DNA from: Octopus vulgaris
Lineage: Eukaryota
Direction: 5' to 3'
DNA length: 64,000 bases
Assembly: GCA_951406725.2 (NCBI GenBank)
Contig: OX597819.1
Span: 94,240,001-94,304,000, forward strand
The notes beneath the pieces are model-generated. The model searched no databases and was not told the DNA's origin. It saw only the letters and a program-made list of their open reading frames with translations. The position numbers were made by a program, and so were the translations under genes. Positions 14,560 to 25,875 of the stretch are shown here, in pieces (position 1 is the first letter of the stretch; the number at the start of each line of letters is the position of its first letter).

Positions 14560-17500
14560 GTAAGTTAAAAATTTCTTCACTAATTTTCACAAGAATTAGA
14601 AACTTTTCTTTTCATGTAACAGAGTAAAACGAAAATTTACTACACTGAGTTTCGTCATAAAATAAAGTTTCAAGCTGGGTTGCTTATAATAGAATAAAAT
14701 TACTATTTCATGTTTCATAGTAACATTAAACTTCCCTCTTCTCAACTCATGGAAAACTGACACTTCTCAATGAACACTTCATGATTAAATACAATTTTCC
14801 ACTTAACACCTCTAAGGAAATTAGATTCTTTCCTTTAATAATACTATGACGAATTATCACCCTGTTTTTGCTTGTTTTCTTTATACTCTTCATGCTTTAT
14901 TGCTAAGGCTGTCTAATCAGACAAGTTCTTGTCAGATGTTATGTACAACAATTTGTAGTGAAAACAAAAAAAATCAATTCCTGTCAGATCTCATAAGTTA
15001 AGCCACACTGTTCATAGCCATATCCGAAATAGATTAGGATTTACTTAAGTAAATATATAAGTATCTGCTGGATGGGGATGGATATTCTGGGCAGTAAACA
15101 TCCCTGGAAGTACTTCAGAAAAACAAACTACATTGTTAAGAGTGTTATAAAAACTGACAGTGTAAGAGGATGTCAATTTAGCTGAGTTGCTTGAGTATTA
15201 AAGAGTAAAATTTGAGGTAGATATTCTGGATGTTTGTACTCAGAGCTCAAATCCTACCGTGGTAATTTTTTTCTTTTGTCCTTTATATCAGTCCAGGGTG
15301 TTAGATTGGCAGAATGTTAGAGTATTGGATAAAATTCCTTGTGGTATGAGTTTCAACTCTGAACATTCTGCATTCAAACCCTGCCTTCTATCACTGGAAA
15401 AAAATTTTCAATCTTTTGACAAAATTGGTTATATATTTAGGAAATCTTTAAGCAAGTGCCCAAGTATCTCAGCTGATCACTCTTCTTGGCACCACCTGCC
15501 AAGAGAAAATGCCAGAGGACTCTTAAGTCATGTTCACTCAACAAATGGACAAGAAATTTAATAAAGCCTTGTTTTCCTTTTTTTTATATCAGTCTAGAAG
15601 GGGCAGCGCCCAGGACCTTTACAGACCCTCAAAGAATGAACTATTGCAAGTCAATGTCTATCGAAAGTGTTAGGAGTTGGGAATAAACAATGAATTGATT
15701 AGGAGTGCAAGACTGTAACTTAAGTGCTAGAACAAAGGTTTTAGCAATGTCCTGTGCTACATCAGAGTACTTCACCAAATGTAGATATTGAAGGTGCTGT
15801 AAGTTTCTTTCCATTATGGAACTAATGTTGCTGGACCTAAATCAAAAACCATAAAGGGATTATGAAAAATCTCTAACTACATCCTTACATTGAAGTGAGC
15901 CCCATGTAGTCATCTACCAAACGTCAGTCACACATGGCACATAATGAAATTCATTAATGGGTTATAGCATCAATCATTTTAATTAATTATTGGTAATATG
16001 TTCAGTAAACAAGAGACCTGCTTACAAACAGAATGTTTTCGTATTTCTTTATATATTCAGACACTGTAATCAAGTAAGTCACTAGTGCCATATCTGCAGG
16101 GCACATGATATAAGTGGGAAAGAGTCTTAATTGCCAAAATAATTTTTAAAATGATTCTCTTACAACTAAATGATAAAGAGAAAATATTTTCATAGAAGGC
16201 AATAAATTACATTTCCCATATAATTTATGGAGTGGTAGTATGTGTGTGCATGCACACGCACACATACGCACACACACATACACACACACAAACACACAAA
16301 CACATACATGTGCATATACACTTGCACATAGTCAGTGTAGATTCATAAACTTATGAATTTTTATTTCACCATTGTTTTGCATTTTTTTAGAAAATGATAT
16401 TGTTGTTCCTATCTATTTTAATTAGTTTTTTGTGCTATTCAGTAAAATAATAAGCAAAAACCATTTCTCAAACAAGGTTTATTTGCCATAATGAGATTCA
16501 TTATCTCCCTATGCAGAATGGGCAAGAAATATTTTCTTTTTTTACATATGCTTTGATGTTCAAGAAAATTAATGTTCCACTACAAGATATCATTGATTAA
16601 ATATTCTTAGATGAAAATAATGGCATCCCTAGATTTCTAATCGAAGTTTATAAAGAAAATCACAAGGTCTAGTTTTACTGATAACATTGGCTTAAATTAA
16701 GGTATTTAATCATAAGTTACCAATGAATCTCTTTGGGCAGAACTTTTAGGATATTTTGTATTTGATGTTTCATTTTTTAATCGGTTTTTTTTTTCTCGTA
16801 GTGGAAAGAATTATTTTGTTTTCCTTTTTAAAATATTCGTTTTCTTTAAATTTTTTGGTTTGTTTTTCCAGTTTTTCTCTATTGAGGTTTTTGATTAAAG
16901 TATTGAGCATGTATGAATGAAATTTATGATATGAAACATTAAAGGAATCAAATAAATTAAGAAAGTCATTAGGAAGAGGAAATGTTAAGTGCTGCTAGCA
17001 AAAGATAACAATAACACTATAGTATGTTATGGACTTGTATAAAGTAACTTTTGTCTTTGACACAATAGTTTAGATCAAATAGTTTGTCAAATCCTGAAAA
17101 TGTCATCTTTGCTTTTCTTTTAAATTCTTAGAACCAGAAATACATGACACTCACAAAATTTACACACAATGTAAATTTATACAAATAATACGAATTTGGG
17201 TTAATTCTGACAAAATTAGAAAGTCTCAAGATCAGCATTAATTCATTAGTATTAATATCCACTAACATCACTACATATTTCCATTGAATAAGTTTATTGT
17301 TTCCAAATAATGTCTTTTTTACTATGTAGTAAAAGTCATAATTTGGAAACAATTCTCTTATTATAGCTTTGACATTATTGATCATGTGCATTTGTTAAAC
17401 AGTGTTTCTTAATTGGACATTATTCTTGTTTATCCATCAAAACTTTGTTTTGTTTCATTCTTGCTGGTAAGGTTAAACTGTAACTCACTATTATACTTAG

Positions 17501-18527
17501 TAATAAACTCTAACTTCTATTATATCTGATTCTTTTATTCTTCTAAAATAAAAATTCTTATGGATATTTGTCTTCGAATAAGTATATTTCAATTATTTAT
17601 GTATCTTGCAATTGTGAGTTACAATGTGTCAAACTGCCATTTCATTGACTAAAGGCCAATTGTTGCATTCAGTGTTTTCTGTTAAGATAACTAAACAGTA
17701 CTTATTACTTCAGTGGTTATTTTCTGTTACTATCATTCATAGTATATATAACATTCACTTAAGAGTAGTGAATTGGTAGAAACAGTAAAATGTTGGATAT
17801 AATACCTTGCAGTAATTGTGGCCTGTTACATTCTGAGTTTAAATTTTACCAAGATTGAGTTTTCCTTTCATTTTTCCAGAATTGATAAAATAAGGTACCA
17901 ATCATTTAAAGCACCAGTCAACTGTTCCTCTCTCAAAGATGGCTTTGTGATTGTGTCAGTGTTAAAGCCACAATATATAAGCTTCACTATATAACTTTTA
18001 AAATTTACTCCTCCCTCAGAGCATTGAATAAAATACTTTGCTATTTTTGTTCCAGCTCTATATATTCTTAGTTCAAATCCTGCTGAGGTCAAATATAATT
18101 TTCATTATTTTGGGGGTGGAATGAAAAAGGTAACAATCCTGAATTGTTAGAGTATCAGACAAGATACCTCATGGCATTTGTTCTGGCTCTTAACATACTT
18201 AGCTCTTATGTGGTAGACTTAATCTAGTGATCAATTTAACAACACCACCTAGTCCTAAGATGCATTTAGCATAGTTCATTGTGTTGCAAGCATTTGAACC
18301 TGATTTCTAGTTTGAGGATAACTTCCTCTCTTCATTCCATGTCAGAATCCAAAGAAAAATAAAGTTTCATGGGTGCAGCTCTTTCCTTCCTAAATAAGAA
18401 ATAAAGAAAGAAAAGAAAATAATGGTACTGAAGTGTTGACTTAGAAATCTTTGTGACATTTTACTTCTATAGAATGTATATTTTCCACTTCAGTTCACTT
18501 ACATAAAATATTGGTCCATTTTCTAAA

Positions 18528-18756
18528 TTAACCTTTTAGCATTCAGATTACTCTGTCAAAAGTAATGCTTATCCATTCACACTCTTTTGAATTATTCATG
18601 CATTATCTTGTAGTTATGAGATTTCTGTGATGGAATTGTTTATGATTTGAATGACATTGTCATGTAGGTGTGAAAAGCCAGATCAAGCCAGTTTGAACAT
18701 AAAACAAGTAGACCATTTCGGACTGGATATGATCAGTTTGAATACTAAGGGGTTAA
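18528..18756. mobile_element. TTAA-flanked piggyBac-like MITE
   Basis: ttaaccttttagcatt … aatactaaggggttaa. A second copy in reverse orientation at 34334-34561. Confidence 0.7.
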
Positions 18757-19877
18757 ACAGTTAGCATTAACAAGGGATGACTGTTAATAAGGGAAAATTG
18801 AATGCCTTTTTACACAATCATTATTATCATCAGTAGATGGCAGTGAGATGGCTGAATCATTAACATGCCAGGCAAAATTCTTAGTGGCATTTCGTCCATC
18901 TTTATGTGTTCAGTTCAAATTCTGCCTTGGTCGACTTTGCCTTTCATCCTTTCAGGGTCAATGAAATAACTACCAGTTATGTACTGTGGTTGATATAATC
19001 GACTTGCCCTCACCCTCACCCCCAAATTTCAGGTCTTGTGCCTTTAGTAGAAAGGATTATTTTCACCATTAGAAGTAGCAGCATTTAATACTCCACATTT
19101 CTAGGCTTGTACCACAATAGAACTTACTCTATTTTAGAAAAAAAACCAATGTAGATGCATTTAAAAAATATAAATTCCAGTATAGATAATGCCAGTGAAA
19201 ATTCTTCTCAAGTATTCTAAAAGTAATTTATCATGTATATCAAGCCTACAGCCAAGATTATGTAGACATTCTAAAGTGTCAAATTTTCCTGTAAGTTGCC
19301 ACCTCCAAGACATGTGCAGCTGCATTCTTAACTATTTACAGTGATTTCTATCAACTGTTTGTCATTTAATGAGAGTATTTCCGAAATTCTATTCCGTGTT
19401 GTTTTTATTCATTGTATGTGATTTCTGTTTATTTCTAGCATAGGTTGGTTTGCTCTGTAGTTTATGAGTTTTTTTAGGGTTTTGGGTGATTTTTGTCTTT
19501 TTTTTTCCTTGAACATTCTAAGAATAGTGAGTTTTAGATTACCATAGATATGTAAAGTTCATTGAAATGTTATAATTCAATTACTTTTCCAGCTCTTACC
19601 ACATCTAGTTGTATTAAACTGGCCACAATCTTAGGTGTTTAGGATGTAGAATGTATAGGCTTAGCAAGTAAACAATATGGAAAACAAACCTAAGGTGTGC
19701 TACCAAAGGAAACCAGATGTGAAACAAACCAAGTGACATTTTCTAACCAACGACTTTTTAAATACAACATTTACGTGCTATTATTTACAACTTTATCTGC
19801 TTTAAGTTTTCCATTTTAAAAAAGCATTATTTCATGTTCTCTTGATGGTGATATACATACATACATATATATATATA

Positions 19878-20155
19878 TATCTGTAAATGTAATATGTGAC
19901 AATTATTTGGTAGCCATGATAAAACTCCAAGTTTCGGATGCCGAGGTGGAAATCCATGCCGCCATCTCTTCAGTTATCCAGCCATCAGAAAAAATGCTAT
20001 GAAAAATGACCATTATACCTATAATGGCATCCGAAACTCGGAGTTTTATCATGGCTACCGAATAATTGTCACATATTACATTTACAGATAAATTCCTCTA
20101 TTTACATAATATCGAGGTCTCTTTCTTTCCTTTGTTGTCTTACCATTTTTATCAA
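19878..20155. mobile_element. (TA)n-flanked Penelope-like terminal-repeat relic with 65-bp inverted arms
   Basis: 19878-19942 is the reverse complement of 20026-20090 (2 mismatches). Contains a hammerhead-like motif on -. Confidence 0.65.
19918..19978 (-). ncRNA. Minimal type I hammerhead-ribozyme-like motif
   Basis: GAUAA-CUGAAGA-stem II (GAUG…CAUC plus extra C)-GAAAC-UUGGA-GUU-UUAUC. 5-bp stem I, intact core. Confidence 0.6.
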
Positions 20156-20175
20156 TATATATATATATATATATA

Positions 20176-20521
20176 TATTACTTAAAACAGTCTGATTTGG
20201 TTTCTATGCTACTTCAAAACTTACTCGTCTCTAACAGAGCCCATCTACTTCGGGCTCTGAAAAAGCCTAATGAAGAGGAGGTTGAAGATGGCTGCCGGAA
20301 GAGAAGCTGCTATTGGTCAAGGAGTGTCATAAGGTGTTGCAGTAGATAATGGTGCCATGTGATCTACCTTGATCAATAGCAGCCCCCTTCTTCCAGTAGT
20401 CATCTTGAACTTCCTGAATCTCTTCATTCAGCTTTTTCAGACCTTGAAGGAGATGGGCTCCATTAGGAACCTGCGAAGCTTGAAGTAGCATGGAAACTAA
20501 ATCAAACTGTTTTAAATAATA
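20176..20521. repeat. Imperfect inverted repeat, ~150-bp arms
   Basis: 20176-20322 vs reverse complement of 20367-20521. Abuts (TA)n. Confidence 0.88.
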
Positions 20522-21097
20522 CATGTAACACCTACTAAATGTGTTGAGTGCCCTTTTCTTTCGGTTGTCCACTCACTCATATATATACCTACATATATAT
20601 ATAAATGTGTGTGTGTATGTATTACATGGATAAAGGGTCATCAAATCCAGTTTAAACACAGGCATTTACATTCACTCTATTATTTTTTTTTATAAGGTCA
20701 GTTGTTCTTTTATTTTCTATGGGGTTAATAAAATGAGATATCACTTAAGTGTTGGACTTGATGTAAATGCCTAATCCTCTCTCTTTAATAAAAAATGAAG
20801 TTGTGCATAGGTTAGAAGGAATTATCTACAATAAAATGTCAAAAAGTTTTGTTGTACATCTCCTAAATTCTGATCATCAACACTTGGAATTGTATCTGGT
20901 CAGGGATAATGGTATGCACTTATTAATTTTGACCCTTCCTGTGACCCTTCCACCAATGCAATTGTTTCATTTTAAAATCATGATCACAGAACAAGTCCAC
21001 TCACTAAACTAGTGCATCTCTGAAATTACCTTTTGTACTGTTTTTTGTTTCTTTTTTTTTTCTTTTTTCATAAAAATTTTTTACTTTATCTTTTCAG

Positions 21098-21166
21098 GAG
21101 CGATTATTTCTCACTTATTCTAATTATGGCTTTACTGTGATATTTTCATTGGAGATGACATTAAAA
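21098..21166 (+). CDS. Cav3: Cav3 exon, IIIS2 (ERLFLTYSNYGFTVIFSLEMTLK)
   Basis: ttttcag|…|gtaagt, 69 nt, phase 0-0. SNY.FT.IF..EM..K S2 motif. Confidence 0.96.
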
Positions 21167-21552
21167 GTAAGTCAGTTTTATATATATATATCTTCATCAT
21201 TATTTAACGTCCGTTGTCCATGGGTTGCGTGGTTTGATCAGGGATGGTAAACTGGAATGCTGCACCAGACTCCAGTCTGATTTGGCATGGTTTTCTATAT
21301 TTTGATGCCCTTCCTAATGCCAACTGCTCTGAGAGTGTAATGGGTGCTTTTACATGCCGTGAACCATCAATCCTTACACATCTATTTCCTCTTTTCCTCT
21401 CAACCCTTTCTGTCGAAGAGCATAGGCTCAAAATATCAAAGACTTTTCAATTCTTCACGAGTATCAAACTAATACACTTTCCTGTTGTTCCTTCACCTGT
21501 CTTTGTCTTTTGTATTCTGTAAATTTGAGCTATATATATATATATATATATA

Positions 21553-21742
21553 TCATCATCATTTAACATCTGCTGTCCAAGCTGGCATTGGCTGGGTGAT
21601 TTGACTAGGGCTGGCAAGCTGGAAGGCTGCATCAGGCTCCAGTCTAATTTGGCATGGTTTCTACAGCTGGATGCCCTTCCTAATGCCAACCCCTCCAAGA
21701 ATGTAATGGGTGCTTTTACATTCCACTGGCACAGGTGCCATT

Positions 21743-21745
<3 letters not shown>
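21553..21745 (-). mobile_element. Short RTE 3'-tail copy in (TA)n; similar copies at 21193-21355, 30335-30590, 54102-54257 (-) and 4075-4237 (+)
   Basis: (cat)n-ttaac…ctacagctggatgcccttcctaa.gccaac, matching the 3' terminus of the RTE at 44251. Confidence 0.85.
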
Positions 21746-21781
<36 letters not shown>

Positions 21782-22322
21782 TGTTTCTTATTTATATATC
21801 AAAAGATCTTTCTGTGTGTATGTAAATTCCTCCTCTGTGGTCTTAACAAATATACATCTTGTAACTTTCCAAGTGTCACTTGAAATTGCTTTTTATACCT
21901 TCGTCTGATTAGATGAACATGGATCACATGTAATATGTTGTAAATATTACACAATCATTAAAGTGGTGAGCTGACAGAATATTAGCACATTGGGTAAAAT
22001 GCTTTGCAGTATTTTGTTCGTTTTTATGTTCAAATTCTGATGGGGTCGACTTTGCCTTTCATCTTTTCAAGTTAGATGAAATAAGTACCAATCAGGAGCT
22101 GGGGGGGGTTGATATAATCAGCCTGACCCCTTCCCCAAAATTTCTGGCCTTCTGCCAAAATTTGAAACCAATATTACCCAATCATTTATATACATGCTTT
22201 ATCTGAACCATGTCATGTTGGAACCATCATAGTGAACGATTACCTCAGTTCTTGGACTTAGCGTTTGTGTGCACGCATGCATGTGTGTGTATCTGTGTGT
22301 GTGTCTGTATGTATGTATGTAA

Positions 22323-22382
<60 letters not shown>

Positions 22383-22504
22383 ATATATGTACTTACTTGC
22401 AAATGGATGTGGGGCATTTGATCATATAATAATATAATAATATATATATACATGCATATATACATATATGTGCATACTGACATATATACATATACATGTA
22501 TATG

Positions 22505-22608
<104 letters not shown>

Positions 22609-23312
22609 TATATGGGTACAGGAAGTCACAAAATGTAAACATCATGAAATATGAAAACATGAAATCCGAAATACGAAAAGCAACATGAAATTTGAAGACA
22701 AACTTTTTTTGCAAACAACAAGAGAAACAAATGGAAAACAAGACAAGTTGTCGGATGTTTATCTACTCCACATTTCGAGAAATTCATGACAATATGTGCC
22801 TTCGAGAAAACAGTTGCTCCCACAAACCAAAATAAAATTTGGGATTTTGTGGAGTGTCAAAGTTGGTAACAAAAACAGGACAGTGAAACAAATAGTGAGG
22901 GCTGCTAAGCCAGATGGGGTAAGGTGATGAACACTGAGGAACATTCTTTGACAGGAGAAAAGATAAGAGAAGAGACAGACAAGAATACGTGTGATCAGTG
23001 CAACACACTGAAAGAAAAGAAAGATGAACATGTGTGGAAAAAAAAAGATGGATGATGGTCACGTGTGAGCAACGAGAGAGTAAAAGAGGAAGAGGGAGAG
23101 ATTGAGGGATGGATAGAAAATGGTGAAGGGTAGAAAAAAGAATTAGATAAAGGATGAGAGGGAAAAAACGAAAGGGAGAGAAGGGGAGAAAAAAGAATTA
23201 GAGAAAGGAAGAGAGGAAAAAACGAAAGAGGGAGGGAGAGAGAGAACAGTGCAGAAGAGAGTCGCATCAAAATTAAGATAAACTTACTTGGAAATGGTTG
23301 CGTGGCATTCAA

Positions 23313-25214
23313 TCATATAATAATATAAATAGAATATACTATATACTGGATTGATCCTAATAAAATTTGGAACACAAAATCCAAGCCTAGGGAGAAGGGT
23401 AATGTCATGTGTTTCATACAATTTTGAGGGGGGCATAAATGGTGGAGCAACCCTTCCTCTGTGAAAATTCATATGCTTTGGATTTTGATGAAATTTGAAC
23501 AAGTATTAGAAATAAATTTTAAAATATACTCAAAATTTCCATTTCTTTGAATGATTTTAAAACCCCCTAATAAGGGTTAACCCCACAAATTCTAGTCATT
23601 TTTCATGAACTAAAATTACTGAATGGATCCTTATGATATTTGGAACTTAGATTCAATGCATAAGGGCGAGTATAATGCAGTATGTTTGGTTTGAATTTGA
23701 GGGGTCTTAAAGAGGACAGAACCCCACTATGAGAATTTGTAAATTTCCGATGTCGATGAAATTTCAACCATAGGTAATTGAAACAAATCAGGAAGTATTC
23801 CCAAAGTTTCCACTTCTCATGAAGATTCTAAGACCCCTAACGGGGGCCTTAACTCCTAAATTTTAGTCATTTTTTATGATCCAAAACAAGGTCAAAAGTA
23901 CTGAATGTATCTTTATGAAATTTGGAAATTATATTCTATGCATAAGGGTGGATGTAATGCAGTATAATGCAGTATATGTTTCAAAGTGAGGGATCATAAA
24001 TGGGGCCACAACTCCCATGAAAATGTATATATTTTTGCTGTTGATGATATTTTAACCATAGATAATATTCCTAAAATTTTAATTTCTTAAGAGGTTAGTA
24101 AGATTCCTTAATGGAAGCTTAAACCCCACAATTTAGTCATTTTTCCTAAGCCAAGATGAATACAATTGTAGTCTTGGAAGCTGTAGAATCACCTGAGGAT
24201 ACATGATGAGCATTATTTGTAATTCAATGGTACAACAGTGTAAGAGTTTGCTTTGAGATATACTTAGATTGTGATTTCTGTAATGTGGTGCATAAATTGT
24301 CAAGCAAAGGAGATGCATCTTTGCCTCCACTGATTCAGTTGCAAAGTGTTATTTTGAGTAAAGTTATTTGGTTGCAGACCTCCTTTGAAACTTCTTATTA
24401 TTACTGGGTCAGAGATAGTCCCGAGATGGTAACATTGATTTCAAGGCCTTTCCAGATAAGTGATTGGCCATTCAAAGAGATTTATAGATTGCAATTTCAT
24501 TCTGTTCAGTTATTTATTGGCATAGTGATTATTGGCAAACTCCAGAGGTGACACTTTCATTTCCCTTTACCCCACATGTCACACAGTTGTTAATGTTTAT
24601 TTGAGTTGGGTCACACCCTTCCAACTGCTATAGATCCATAATGCATCTTACAGCTGTGCCAGTCACCTGTATGGTGAGGAATCCTACATTGGGGAGTGGT
24701 AACAACTAGGGTAGGGTAGCTGACTACTTATTGTGATCATTTGTCTTTTGGTTTCCTCTAGCTTTGCTCTCTTTTACAAACCCAGCAAACATTCATATAT
24801 TTCCAATTTCAAAGAAATTTGAACAATAGATATAAGACACATGTTAAAAAAGATTCCCAACAATTCAACTTCTCCAGTTGACTTTAAGGCTCCCTCCCAC
24901 CAATAGGGGCCTTAACTCCCACGTTTTAAAGCTCCATGTGCTCCATCTTTCGGGAGCAAAAACCTTTGAATGGGTTTTATAAGATTTGGATTTTGAAATC
25001 TGGGCAAGAAAGATGAGTAGTATTGGATAAATATGTCATAATTAGAATTTTTGTTAGGGTGTGTAAAGGGGGAAAGAACCCCCATTAAAATTCTTAATCT
25101 CCAATTTTGATGAAATTCAAATCATAGGTAATTCAGTTCATTAGAGAAAGTATAAAAGAAATGTCTAATTCTTCAATTCCATGTGACACGGGCAACTCTG
25201 GGTATCTCTGCTAG
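23313..25214 (+). mobile_element. Non-autonomous Helitron-like element with internal degenerate repeats
   Basis: 5' TC-atataataatataaa start, 3' hairpin-like cacgggcaactctgggt followed by CTAG|T. Repeated gatgaaattt / tttggaa / cccc blocks. Confidence 0.45.
24150..24760 (-). pseudogene. Decayed LINE AP-endonuclease fragment nested in the Helitron-like element
   Basis: Remnants of GDW, WKG and LEFANNH in the order expected for an RTE-type APE domain. Many indels. Confidence 0.45.
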
Positions 25215-25544
25215 TCTATACATATAAATTTGACACAGGCGATTCTTTCTTGTCTTGGGATTCACGATCAAATGGCTGGGTAGAATTGCGTGAAAAATTA
25301 CACAGATGTGTAGAATGATCCAGAGGTGATGCTGGGCTTTGTATTTTTGCTTAGCTCCCATGGTTACTGAGATGATATACTATAATAATACTCTTGTGTT
25401 TATGAATGAGAAAGGAAGGGATGATAGATGAATAAGGAAGGAAGGGGTGATGTCATACTTGGTAGTGTACACTGAAAAAAATAAACCAAACAGCATTTCA
25501 ACTCTGTGTGAATATATGTATGTAAAAGGGAGTATATGAATGTG

Positions 25545-25556
25545 TCTGTGTGTGTG

Positions 25557-25634
<78 letters not shown>
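25545..25634. repeat. (GT)n microsatellite
   Basis: Seen directly. Confidence 0.95.
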
Positions 25635-25635
<1 letters not shown>

Positions 25636-25875
25636 AATGGAAGTGAGATGGCTCATCTTTGTTTGCTTAGTATTTGGGTATATTTCTAGATTTGGTTGAA
25701 TCTTGGTTGTTCTTTTTTGTTTGTTAGTTATTTTTAGCATTTTGACAGAAAAAAGTCATTCTAAAATTGTTTTTTAATATAAGCATGCCCAAACAAGTCG
25801 AATGCTTACACAGAGCAGGTTTTACAGCCAGATCATCCAAACCAACCAGGTGAAACCGGGCTTAGCTAGTGTGTA

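Noticed and set aside
15000-15900. Possible coding or TE relic (ORFs 15259, 15486)
   Set aside because: No recognisable motif on either strand.
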